A stretch of 64,000 nt of DNA from an uncultured Planctomycetota bacterium (GTDB lineage Bacteria; Planctomycetota; Planctomycetia; Isosphaerales; Isosphaeraceae), in contig CAWJTV010000041.1 in assembly GCA_963845755.1 (NCBI GenBank), positions 32,001 through 96,000 of the forward strand, given 5' to 3'. The translations under genes and the position numbers were made by a program. The notes under the pieces are model-generated. The model did no database searches. It was not told the DNA's origin and was given only the letters and a program-made list of their open reading frames with translations. Position 1 is the first letter of the stretch. Every line of letters starts with the position of its first letter. Positions 1-9,526 of the stretch are shown piece after piece.

Positions 1-71
1 GGAAGAGTTGTCCGATGGAAGCGATCAGAGCCAGGCCCCTCGCCACGTATCGCACAGAGCCATCCCCCGCC

Positions 72-129
72 GGCTAACGATCAAGATCAGCGGCCCGCCC
101 AGCGGGTCCGCTGCATCGCCTTGTTAGCC
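72..129 (-). repeat. attC: integron attC site (58 bp)
   Basis: Minus strand reads GGCTAAC-AAGGCG-ATGCAGCGGACCCGC...GCGGGCCGCTGATCT-TGATC-GTTAGCC. It has R''(…AAC)/R'(GTTRRRY-like) boxes and an imperfect palindrome, and lies just after the stop of the upstream ORF. Confidence 0.9.
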
Positions 130-131
130 CT

Positions 132-690
132 TTACAACTTGCCGAAGTCGGTCACCGCCGATACTTCACCGCACGCGACGCACCGACCGTGGCAGAGGAA
201 TACATTAAAGAACTCAAGTATCGGCCATCCTGGCTCATTGAAGAGCAAGTCGAACGCCGCTGGCCAGTAGACGAAGCCGACGGTCACCACAAAGACCTGC
301 TCCCCACATGCCGAGCAAGAAAAGGGCTGTCTCGGCCCCTCGCCTCGGCCCTTTACGGAGCCGATGCCACCTTCGATCTTGGCGACCTCGCTGTGATAGC
401 CGTGGATGTCGGTATCGAAGATCTCGGTCACCTTCCGGCAATCGGTGCACTCAAAACTGAGCGGGCTGATGAAGCACTCCGGGCCATCGTAGTTGGGGTT
501 GTAGTCACGGAGGGGGTAACCCAGGACCCGACCGCGCTGTTCGCCGCAGGTGCACGCGAGGCGCACAGACGGATCTGCAGTTATCGTCCCACGCGACGGG
601 GAGTTCCGCCGGGGTCAATCGGAACCCGCGAACGCAGGCGGGCGAGGTCGTCCGCAGGCGCTCGGCGGTCTGCTCGACAAGACGATCCAC
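132..690 (-). CDS. cassette gene: Cys-rich (several CxxC) hypothetical protein, one frameshift near 560
   Basis: ORF 505..690 (GTG start behind GGAGG) and ORF 132..566 together fill the space between two attC sites. Motifs CTC, CTDC, CSAC, CVAC. Confidence 0.65.
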
Positions 691-705
691 TCCGAAACCT
701 CCGCT

Positions 706-763
706 GGCTAACGCCCAAGATCAGCGGCCCGCGCAGCGGGTCCGCTGCATCGCATTGTTAGCT
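706..763 (-). repeat. attC: integron attC site (58 bp)
   Basis: ggctaac...agatcagcggcccgc...gcgggtccgctgcatcgc..gttagct, near-identical to the other four copies. Confidence 0.9.
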
Positions 764-772
764 GCGACATTC

Positions 773-1264
773 TCATTCATCCACGGTGAAGAGCATCGCA
801 CGGTTGGCCGACGCTGCCTTCCGGAAGAAGTCCCTCAGATGCGGGAACCAACTCCAGGTATACTCGAAGTCGCTGTCCGACAATTCCCCTTGATAGGTTT
901 CGGCGTCGATGGCGTCATACCTGCGGCGCAACTCATCTCGGTCGATGTCCTTCATGACTGCCGCGACCTCCTTTACCTCCTCGGGGCTGAGGAAGTTGAT
1001 GATGTAGTCCTCGCCCTCATATTGGTTGTCCGACCCGAGGATACATTTGTGCCACGGCGTTTCGCCGAACTCCAGCTTTCCGTCCGTCAGGCACCGGTGG
1101 ATGGCGTCCCAAGATTTATCCGTCTCTTGGAGCCACTCCTTATCCCAGGCTTCCTCCACATCCTCAACGAACGCCATGAGGGTCTCGTTGTTGGAAACGG
1201 GTGTATCCATCAGGCGCGAAGCCTGTTCCGCGGTCAACGCGAAATGGACACCGCGACACCCCAT
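773..1264 (-). CDS. cassette gene: YfbM/DUF1877-family protein
   Basis: MGxRGxxFAL start, 'ETDKSWDAIHRCLT' and 'LRDFFRKAA...AMLF' match the DUF1877 pattern as I recall it. Confidence 0.8.
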   Translation of the reverse strand: MGCRGVHFALTAEQASRLMDTPVSNNETLMAFVEDVEEAWDKEWLQETDKSWDAIHRCLTDGKLEFGETPWHKCILGSDNQYEGEDYIINFLSPEEVKEVAAVMKDIDRDELRRRYDAIDAETYQGELSDSDFEYTWSWFPHLRDFFRKAASANRAMLFTVDE

Positions 1265-1280
1265 CGGTTTGCCCTCCGCC

Positions 1281-1340
1281 GGCTAACGCTCCAGATCAGC
1301 GGCCCGCCGCAGGCGGGTCCGCTGCATCGCCTTGTTAGAC
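1281..1340 (-). repeat. attC: integron attC site (60 bp)
   Basis: ggctaac(1281-1287)...gttagac(1334-1340) with the same internal palindrome. Confidence 0.9.
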
Positions 1341-1408
1341 GGACTGACTGCCCCCACAGAGGGCCGGGGACGACAAGGCGTTGTCCCGGCCACTCGACCA
1401 CAACGAGC

Positions 1409-2011
1409 CTACGGTTTGCGAGTCAGGGCAGCGGCGAAACCGTCGAGTTCGAATGAGGCCCAACATACAGCTGCGAGTTCGTGCCCGCGGCCGTGCCACG
1501 TCGCGTTTATCACGTGGATGTTCTTCGATTGCAGATGCTCGACCGCAGGAATGAAGTCCTTGTCCGACGACACGAGGACAGCTACGCTATAGGCCCCTTC
1601 CCAAGCAAGTCCGATAAGATCTGTAACTATGCGTGCATCAATGGTCTTCTCTGCGGCACGCCCGAAAGCCGCTCCGCAGGACGGGCACGACGTGGTAGAC
1701 GCTCCGCAGGAGCGGCAGTGGACCGGATGCGCCCGCCAATGACGCTCAGATGTGAATACGCGGAAGCCAGGCTGCCTGTCCAGGAAGTTGTGGAGCCAGG
1801 ACTTGAGGTTAGCCTCCCGTCCCGCCTCATACCCTGCATAGACGCGCGTCTCCTGAAGAGTGAGCGAGCCAAGACCCGCCTTGGCGAGGAGGGAACTTGC
1901 CTCTCCGATGAGCACTCCGGGAAGAAGCTGCCAATCACAGAGGACGCGGTGCGTCCGCTCGTTCCATGTCAGTTGGAAATTCCAGTAATCGATAAAAATG
2001 CGTGCGTCCAC
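1409..2011 (-). CDS. NYN (LabA/DUF88, PIN-fold) ribonuclease with internal zinc ribbon
   Basis: Motifs IFIDYWN, EKTIDARIVTD and LVSSDKDFIPAV, plus a CxxC-x6-CxxC insertion. Probable start is GTG at 2011; the ORF extension to 2095 overlaps a structured leader. Confidence 0.85.
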   Translation of the reverse strand: MDARIFIDYWNFQLTWNERTHRVLCDWQLLPGVLIGEASSLLAKAGLGSLTLQETRVYAGYEAGREANLKSWLHNFLDRQPGFRVFTSERHWRAHPVHCRSCGASTTSCPSCGAAFGRAAEKTIDARIVTDLIGLAWEGAYSVAVLVSSDKDFIPAVEHLQSKNIHVINATWHGRGHELAAVCWASFELDGFAAALTRKP

Positions 2012-2024
2012 TGCTATGTTGCGG

Positions 2025-2054
2025 AAAAAAAATACGGGGAGCCGAAGCTCCCCG
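2025..2054 (-). terminator. intrinsic terminator upstream of the NYN gene
   Basis: Minus strand CGGGGAGC-TTCG-GCTCCCCG (8-bp GC-rich stem, C(UUCG)G tetraloop) followed by TA and T8. Confidence 0.8.
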
Positions 2055-2099
2055 GGGCAAACATTCGCATCGGTGTTCGCACCGATGCGGGGCAAACAT
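2025..2099 (-). ncRNA. putative ~75-nt structured repeat RNA (candidate RNA antitoxin or leader)
   Basis: Two copies of ATGTTTGCCCCG (2088-2099 and 2053-2064), each running into a perfect hairpin. The region is bounded by a promoter and a terminator. Confidence 0.55.
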
Positions 2100-2105
2100 G
2101 GCTAA

Positions 2106-2134
2106 ATCATAGCCGCCGTCCACGGCGTCGTCAA
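2106..2134 (-). promoter_or_regulatory. sigma70-type promoter
   Basis: TTGACG (2134-2129), 17-bp spacer, TATGAT (2111-2106). The predicted +1 near 2099 coincides with the first repeat. Confidence 0.75.
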
Positions 2135-2328
2135 GGGCGTAGCAAGGTCCGCAGCCCTGAGAAATCCGCCCCTCGGGCGGTAGGCCGGCACGCGGAAGCC
2201 GCGTGGATGGCGACCGAGGGCCGGCAAAGGCCGTAAGGGGACGGGCTCGAAGGCGGCTTCGAGTGCGACCGCTATCAGACCCTGAAGAACCCGGCTGAAC
2301 CTGGAACACGCCCACCCGCCACCGGCGG

Positions 2329-3803
2329 CTAACTGCTGTCCAGTCGGATCTGGATCGGCCCGGCTCCGGCCGGCTCGAAGACCTCGTCCGGCCAGTGTCG
2401 AAACCGCAGGCTCTCCAACAATCGTTGCGCCATGTTCTTCAACGAGCCGAACAGCTCCACGGCCGTTCGCTTCCCCTGCTCTTGGGCCAGGTGCCGCAAC
2501 AGGCTCCCCTTCTCCACCAGTTGCAACAGCAGATGGGCGATCTGCAACAGGAAATAGTAGGCCGGCCAGCATCTGTGGCTGTAGGCATGTTCCAGGTTCA
2601 GGCCACTGTTCTTCTGGGTGTTAAATCCCTCGTTCTCCTCGCGCCAGCGTGCCCTCCCTCCGTTGGTCGCTACTTCCACCACAGTCTCGTGGCTCAAATC
2701 CAGAGAGGTCACCCACGACCATTCCGTCTGCTTTCCCTCCTTGCCCGTCTCGGTGCACTCCAGAGCGTTGATGGTCCAGTCCCGACCATCACTGTCCCTG
2801 TAGTGCAGGCCGTTGATCCAGCGATAGACCTGCCGGACCCCTTGCGGCGTCATCCGTTCCACGCGCTGGTCGGGACACAACCGCAGCAACCCCTGGAAAT
2901 CCTCCCAGAGGGCGGGAAGTCGTCCAGGCTGAAACGTGTAAATGTAGTCGCATCGATAATCTTTGGCGACCTGGAATCCTTCTCCGCAGGCATACAGGCC
3001 GTCACCGCCGAGGCAAATCCGCAACTGCGGGAACTCGATCCGCAACTTCTCCACCAGGCGTCGCAAGGCCTTCAACTCGCAATCCTGCTTGATCCGTTCC
3101 GCGCTGGCACCCGCTGGGGCACTGGCGACGTCGTGGTTGTCGATGAACTCACTGGCGATCGAGATGACCGTGCCGGCCGGCCCCAGCACCTTGGCCTCCA
3201 GCACCTGGTGCATATATAGCGTCGTCTCACCGTGCCGCTGGGTCAGGCAATCGTCGCAATGCCGGGAGTGAAACACCAGATAGCCCGAGCCGTCAATCAA
3301 GACGACGAACCGCCCCTGCAGCCGCGCCGCGTCCAGAGCCTTCATGCGGATCAACCGCTGGACCATCCGCTGCCGCAACCCGGCGATGGGGTCGGGGCCG
3401 ATTTTCCCCAGGAAGTACTCCAAGGTCTGGTTCACCGGCCGGCTCTCTTGCGCCGTACCCGCCAGACGATTGAGATTGGGCAGGACCTCCGGGCCGTCGG
3501 TGTTCAACTGGTAGTCCAGTTGCGCCGGCTGCTCAACTTGCACAGGAACAAACTCAGCCCCCACCACAGCAGGAACCGCTTGTGGTAGATCACCAAGGGG
3601 GCAAACCGCGGGTCATCGATCGCATCGATCCAGGTGTTGAGATCGGGGAAGAAGTGACCCAGGGTTCGCACCAGGATAGGTCCGATGTTCAGCGTCGTCC
3701 CCGCCGCCGCTTTCGGTGCGAGACGTGGCCCTGGATCAAGGCCAGGGTCAACTGGCTGATTTCGTGGATCAGGCCTTTGAGACGTTGGTGTTCTTGCACC
3801 CAT
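2329..3803 (-). CDS. DDE transposase (IS4/ISAs1-like superfamily, family uncertain), frameshift near 3520
   Basis: Catalytic-type motifs LIDGSG, GDGLYA and RWREENEGFNTQK. The N-terminus (…IDDPR…) is in ORF 3504..3803; start uncertain. Confidence 0.85.
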
Positions 3804-4045
3804 TCTTGGACCTCCGTGAGCAGGTCCTGGGGCACATACACCGTGCGAGTCTTACCCCCCTCCGAGAAGGTGAGGTGGTGGGCGGAGTGCAACGGGCCAC
3901 CGTGGTGGCAGGCGCAGGAGGGCTGGCCGCAACGTTTCTGCACCTGGGCCAGGCTGGCCGCCAGGAGCGGCCCAGCCGGAGCCAGTTGCTTGAGGCGGCG
4001 GTCGAGCATCCGACGGACCAGCGTGGGGTGGCTCGGCACATGCAT
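3689..4045 (-). CDS. IS accessory protein, DUF6788-like (CGxxxCxC…H)
   Basis: RCGQPSCACHHGGPLH...GKTRTVYVP motif, basic C-terminus, immediately upstream of the transposase. Confidence 0.75.
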   Translation of the reverse strand: MHVPSHPTLVRRMLDRRLKQLAPAGPLLAASLAQVQKRCGQPSCACHHGGPLHSAHHLTFSEGGKTRTVYVPQDLLTEVQEWVQEHQRLKGLIHEISQLTLALIQGHVSHRKRRRGRR

Positions 4046-4227
4046 CGATGGGCCCCTGGAACTTCCGGTAAGTGGACCTTATACCGGGAAAGGCCCGAAA
4101 AGTCATGAGGTGCGAAGAAAAAAATTGAGGGCCTAGGATGGTCGGGCATTCAACAGAGGTTCTACTCGGGACTTACGCTGCCGTCAAGGTGCGACAAATT
4201 CCCCAATTCCTCAGAGCTGCCAGGTCG

Positions 4228-6301
4228 CAGCCCTGAGAAATCCGCCCTTCGGGCGGTAGGCCGGCACGCGGAAGCCGCGTGGATGGCGACCGAGGGCCGG
4301 CAAAGGCCATAAGGGGACGGGCTCGAAGGCGGCTTCGAGTGCGACCGCGATCAGACCCAGAAGAACCCGGCTGAACCTGGAACACGCCCACCCGCCACCG
4401 GCGGCTAACTGCTGTCCAGGCGGATCTGGATCGGCCCGGCTCCGGCCGGCTCGAAGACCTCGTCCGGCCAGTGCCGAAACCGCAGGCTCTCCAACAACCG
4501 TTGCGCCATGTTCTTCAACGAGCCGAACAGCTCCACGGCCGTTCGCTTCCCCTGCTCTTGGGCCAGGTGCCGCAGCAGGCTCCCCTTCTCCACCAGTTGC
4601 AACAGCAGGTGGGCGATCTGCAACAGGAAGTAATAGGCCGCCCAGCATCTGTGGCTGTAGGCATGTTCCAGGTTCAGGCCACTGTTCTTCTGGGTGTTAA
4701 ATCCCTCATTCTCCTCGCGCCAGCGTTCCCTCCCTCCGTTCGTCGCCACTTCCACCACGGTCTCGTGGCTCACCTCCAGAGAGGTCACCCACGACCATTC
4801 CCTCTGCTTTCCCTCCTTGCCCGTCTCGGTACACTCCATCGCGTTGATGGTCCAGTCCCGGCCGTCACTGTCCGTGTAGCGCAGGCCGTTGATCCAGCGA
4901 TAGACCTGCCGGACCCCTTGCGGCGTCGTCCGCTCCACGCGCTGGTCGGGGCACAACCGCAGCAACCCCTGGAAATCCTCCCAGAGGGCCGGCAGTCGCC
5001 CAGGCTGAAACGTGTAAATGTAGTCGCATCGATAATCTTTGGCGACCTGGAACCCTTCTCCGCAGGCATACAGGCCGTCACCGCCCAGGCAGATCCGCAA
5101 CTGCGGGAACTCGCTCCGCAACTTCGCCAGCAGCCGTCGCAAGGCCTTCAGCTCGCAATCCTGCTTGACCCGCTCCTGCGCTGGCACCCGCCGGGGCACT
5201 GGCGACGTCGCGGTTGTCGATGAACTCGGTGGCGATCGAGATGACCGTGCCGGCCGGCCCCAGCAACTTGGCCTCCAGCACCTGGTGCATGTACAGCGTC
5301 GTCTCGCCGTGCCGCTGGGTCAGGCAATGCGTCGCAATGCCGGGAGCGGAACACCAGATATCCCGAGCCGTCAATCAGGACGACGAACCGCCCCTGCAGC
5401 CGTGCCTCGTCCAGGGCCTTCATGCGGATCAACCGGTGGACCATCTGCTGCCGCAAGCCGGCGATGGGGTCGGTGCCGATGTTCCCCAGGAAGTACTCCA
5501 AGGTCTGGTTCACCGGCCGGCTCTCCTGCGCGGTGCCCGCCAGACGGTTGAGGTTGGCCAGGACCTCCGGGCCGTCGGTGTTCAACTGGTAGTCGAGTTG
5601 TCGCCGGCTGCTCAACTTGCACAGGAACAAGCTCAGCCCCCACCACACCAGGAACCGCTTGTGGTAGACGACCAAGGGGACAAACCGCGGGTCGTCGATC
5701 TCATCGATCCAGGTGTTGAGTTCGGGGAAGAAGTGACGCACGGTTCGAGCCAGGATGGGGCCGATGTTCAGCGTCGTCCCCGCCGGCGCTTTCGGTGCTG
5801 AGACGTGGCCCTGGATCAGGGCCAGGGTCAACTGGCTGATCTCGTGGGTGAGGGTCTTGAGGCGTTGGTATTCTTGCACCCATGCTTGGACCTCCGTGAG
5901 CAGGTCCTGGGGCACATAGACGGTGCGAGTCTTGCCCTCCTCCTTGAAGGTGAGGTGGTGGGCTGGAGTGCAAGGGGCCGCCGTGGTGGCAGGCGCAGGA
6001 GGGCTGGCCACAGCGTTTGTGCACCTGGGCCAGGCTGGCCGCCAGCAGCGGCCCAGCCGGGGCCAGTTGCTTGAGGCGGCTGTCCAGCATCCGGCGGATC
6101 AGCGTCGGGTGGCTCGGGACATGCATCGATGGGCCCCTGGAACTTCCGGTAAGTAGCCGTTATACCGGGAAAGGCCCGAAAAATCATGAGGTGCGAAGAA
6201 AAAAATTGAGGGCCTAGGATGGGCGGTGCTCTCAACAGATTTTCTACTCGGGACTTACGCTGCCGTCAAGGTGCGACAAATTCCCCTATTCCTCAGAGCT
6301 G
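4228..6301 (-). mobile_element. insertion sequence copy B (diverged tandem copy)
   Basis: Same IRs; followed by CAAGGTCCG (6302-6310). Transposase (4405-~5880) and accessory ORF (~5770-6126) are present with several frameshifts. Confidence 0.9.
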
Positions 6302-6316
6302 CAAGGTCCGAAACTG

Positions 6317-6800
6317 TTAGGAGCCACCGCGACGGTCTGGCTCCGTTCCAACGCCATGTTTGGCGTCGCGAACGACCATCCCTTCGCATTGCATGAACTC
6401 GGCGATATCCTCACCGTCGAGCGCGAACCATTCGCCATTGGCCCTCTTGGATGCGAACCGTTTGTGCCAGTGCTTCTCGACGTAATCCACGTTATTAGTG
6501 CGGATCTCGTGGATGAGTTGAGGCTTTTCTGGAAGCTGGATCTTCAATTGGGAGTAGCGCACATCGGGGTTCGTGGACTTGCCGATCTTGAAGTATGAGC
6601 CGCAAGCGATCAAGTAGACAACTCCCTTGCGACTCGGCGTCTCTGCTGGAGTTAAGCCATTCGCGGGAAGTGCGATGACATCACGCGGGTCGATGCCCTT
6701 CGATTCTGCGTGCTTCCAAGCCAGGCGCTCATTCGACGCATCGACATCAAGTTGTCGGGGGACGGCCCGAAACGGAGTCTAGGCCGAAGATCCTGAACAA
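6317..6800 (-). CDS. cassette gene: GIY-YIG nuclease, T5orf172/MUG113-like
   Basis: GVVYLI...YFKIGKSTNP..R...E..WH..F...R.NGEWF motif. Probable TTG start at 6800 behind AGGAGG, with one extra base in the G-run near 6760. Confidence 0.8.
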
Positions 6801-6826
6801 GTCCGTCCTCCTGCTTGGGATACGCC

Positions 6827-6886
6827 GGCTAACGCTAAAGATCAGCGGCCCGCCACTGGCGGGTCCGCTGCATCGCTTTGTTAGCC
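6827..6886 (-). repeat. attC: integron attC site (60 bp)
   Basis: ggctaac(6827-6833)...gttagcc(6880-6886). R'' overlaps the TAA stop of the barstar-like gene. Confidence 0.9.
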
Positions 6887-7015
6887 GAGGATAAGCTCCA
6901 CTCCGTCTTCTTGTTCGTCGCCGCCTGCGCAGTGAACTTCGATGATCTCGACCACCCAGTCAAAGACCGTCGGGCCAAGGCCTTGCCGAGCCCGCTGCAT
7001 CTCGGCGCGGACACC
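6881..7015 (-). pseudogene. 3' part of barstar-like cassette gene, cut off by IS21
   Basis: Translates VRAEMQRARQGLGPTVFDWVVEIIEVHCAGGDEQEDGVELILG*, continuing the ORF that starts at 9804. Confidence 0.8.
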
Positions 7016-7146
7016 TATTAGCGACAATTAGATTTCCTTGTCGACGACAATTAGAATTCCCTACTCGGCCATAGTGTACAAGCCCCTGGGATTCTGGCCA
7101 ATTGACCATCCCTCTCGCCTCTGGGATCAACCATTCCTGCGCTCGT

Positions 7147-7924
7147 TCATCCCTCCTCTCGTGCGTCTGTCGGTTCCACCGGCTTTTGACGCGACTTCTT
7201 GGCCTGCTCGGCTCGGTAGCTCGGAACGTTCAACTCCACGATCACGCTATGGTGCACCAGCCGGTCGATGGCGGCGGCGGTCGTCATCGGATCCTTGAAG
7301 ATCGCCTCCCATCCCGAAAACGGCAGGTTGCTCGTCAGCATCACGCTCCCGCGCTCGTACCGTTCCGCCAGCAGGTTGAAGAGCACCTCCATCTCGTCCC
7401 GGCTGTATTGTACGTATCCAATATCGTCAAGGATCAGCACCTCATATCGGGAAATCTTCTTGAGAAAACCGCGCAGCTTCAGGTCGCGCTTCGCGGCCAA
7501 CAGATCTTGAACCATCAAGTGCGCATGTCGCGAACATCACCTTCCGCCCCGAGCGGATCAGTTCCTGCCCGATCGCGCACGCCACGTGGCTCTTGCCACT
7601 GCCGGGATTCCCGAATATGAGCACATTGTCATTTCGTCCAACAAAATCGCCTTCGAGCAGAGTTCTGACCTGCTGCGCCGCCTTGGACGGCAGTCGCTTC
7701 AGGTCCAGGCTTGACAGGTTCTTTTCCATGAACAGCCTCGATTCTCGCAACAACCGCTCGACCCGGTGGGAACGCCGCGACTCGCACTCGTGCTCCGCCA
7801 GATCCAGGAGGTAACGTTCGTAACTGGTCGACTCCTGACGGGCTCGTGCCGCCGCCGATTCGTACGCCTGCCGGATCGTCGGCAGGTGGAGCTCGCGAAG
7901 GCAGTCCGTCAGAGACTCATGCAC
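7147..7924 (-). CDS. istB: IS21 helper AAA+ ATPase, frameshift near 7520
   Basis: Walker A GNPGSGKSH, Walker B LILDDIGY, TSNLPFSGW and AAIDRLVHH. Confidence 0.92.
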
Positions 7925-9420
7925 ATCGATTGGCTTACTGATGGAATATCCTCCCTGGTCTCGAGTAACAGGTCGTACATCGACAAATCCACCGTCGTGA
8001 CGACCACCTCCATCGCGCGAGGCAGGCCCAGGTCGTGACCCAGGTGCTCCGTGACGACGGTCGGGGTGATCGGCATGTTCCCGTCCAAGAGCCGGCCCAG
8101 GACGGCGTTGACCCCGACTTCCGACTCCTTCGCCGCCAACTCCAGGTTCCGGAGATAATCCTTGGTGGCGCGGGCCGGGCTTTGTGCCAGCAAGACGTCG
8201 TAGGCTCGGCGAAACCGGCCGGTTGGGAACATCGCGTCCCGGTGCCGATAGGCCGCGAACGCCCCCGGCTTGCGCACCAACCAGTCGATCACGTGCCGAT
8301 AGTTAATCACGTGTTTGTTGTGGCCGCGCTGCCGAGGGACCCTTTCAATCAGCGCCGCGCCGTGCCACACCTCCAGGCATTCCGCCATCACATGGACATC
8401 GACCTGTTCACCGATGAGTCGGCTCGGCACCGAGTAGGTGTTGGAGCCAACCCGGATCGTACTCCCCTGGGTGACCCGCACCCGGCGCCGGTGCCAGGCG
8501 TCCACCCGCCGCGAGGGGAGGTCCTTCAGCAACAGTCGTTCCTCGGTGAACCGCGGGTCCGTCCGCTGTTCGCGCTGAGCGAAGACCTGGCGAAGGAACA
8601 GCTCGTAGGCTGCTCGGTCGGCGAAATCGCGGCCGCTGCGCAACATGAGGGCCTGATCCATCGCTTGTTTGAACCGGTTATGACTCTGTTCGGCGTCTCC
8701 GTTCTGGTTGGCCTTACCAGCCTGGATGGCTTGAGGTGCCATGCCATAGTGGGCCATCAAGGCGCGGTATCGTTGCTGGAACAAGTCCCGATCGCCGAGG
8801 TTGTTGACCGCGGCCGTGAGCCGATCGGTGCGATGAGTCTGGGGAACCCCTCCCAGTTCCCAAAGGGCGTTCTGGAGCCCCTGGCTGAGGCTCTCGAAAC
8901 TTTCGGAGAAACAGACGGTGCCGGTCTCCCAGTTGGAGTAGGTCAGAACGAAGTGATAGACCAGGTGATCGAACGATTGGCCAGCGAGTGTGACCTGCAA
9001 ATCGTTCAGGGAAGTGAAGTCGGAGGCGCCTAAAGCGCCGGGCGTGTGGATCTGATCGAAGAAAACCTCCTTGGGTGGACCGTCGGTGGCCCGCCACGCT
9101 TTGATCTTCCGTTGCAAGGTCCGGAGCTGGCCGTCGGGGAACCGGCCCGGGAAGCGATGCTGAAGATCCTCAAACAGGGTCTTGGCTTGGAGCCCCGGGT
9201 TGAGCACCAGCCGATCGTGGAGTTCCGGCCAGACTTCCTGGAACGGATCCTCCCGGGTCCGCCAGGTCTTGGGAGTCCACGATTCACTGGGCAGGCGATC
9301 CGAGTCTCGGTACTTTTGAGCGGTCTTGGCGTCCATACCCACCTTCCAAGCCGCACGGTAGAGCGGCATTCCCTCGCCGAGAAGCTGGCGAAGCTTGAGA
9401 ACCTGGATGTCCTTGGTCAT
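7909..9420 (-). CDS. istA: IS21 transposase
   Basis: HTH N-terminus, SDFT/RTDRL/GDAEQ DDE region, NTYSVPSRLIG Mu-like C-terminal motif. Confidence 0.92.
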   Translation of the reverse strand: MTKDIQVLKLRQLLGEGMPLYRAAWKVGMDAKTAQKYRDSDRLPSESWTPKTWRTREDPFQEVWPELHDRLVLNPGLQAKTLFEDLQHRFPGRFPDGQLRTLQRKIKAWRATDGPPKEVFFDQIHTPGALGASDFTSLNDLQVTLAGQSFDHLVYHFVLTYSNWETGTVCFSESFESLSQGLQNALWELGGVPQTHRTDRLTAAVNNLGDRDLFQQRYRALMAHYGMAPQAIQAGKANQNGDAEQSHNRFKQAMDQALMLRSGRDFADRAAYELFLRQVFAQREQRTDPRFTEERLLLKDLPSRRVDAWHRRRVRVTQGSTIRVGSNTYSVPSRLIGEQVDVHVMAECLEVWHGAALIERVPRQRGHNKHVINYRHVIDWLVRKPGAFAAYRHRDAMFPTGRFRRAYDVLLAQSPARATKDYLRNLELAAKESEVGVNAVLGRLLDGNMPITPTVVTEHLGHDLGLPRAMEVVVTTVDLSMYDLLLETREDIPSVSQSMCMSL

Positions 9421-9526
9421 GGTGGTTGCCTCCTGACCGAGGAGGAAACCACGTAGTGAACAACCAAGCGAGAGGAGGCGGGAATTCTGATTGTCGCTGG
9501 GCGGGAATTCTAATTGTCGCTAATCA

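Larger units (their letters stand above)
2152..4219 (-). mobile_element. insertion sequence copy A (small Cys/His ORF + DDE transposase)
   Basis: Terminal IRs CAGCCCTGAGAAAT / CAGCTCTGAGGAAT; left flank CAAGGTCCG; highly similar to copy B. Confidence 0.9.
7016..9526 (-). mobile_element. IS21-family element
   Basis: istA-istB pair. Both ends carry reiterated GACAATTAGA(A/T)TTCC inverted repeats; the right end finishes in CA and the left end is slightly degenerate. Confidence 0.92.

Noticed and set aside
1..63. Cassette gene starting at ATG 63 on the minus strand
   Set aside because: It hits a stop after 12 codons and the window ends, so it cannot be called.
2012..2095. N-terminal extension of the NYN ORF (MPRIGANT…)
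   Set aside because: It overlaps hairpins and a terminator, and NYN domains begin just before the IFID motif.
2053..2099. The two 12-bp repeats as a mini-CRISPR
   Set aside because: The repeats are too short, there are only two, and the 'spacer' is itself a perfect hairpin.
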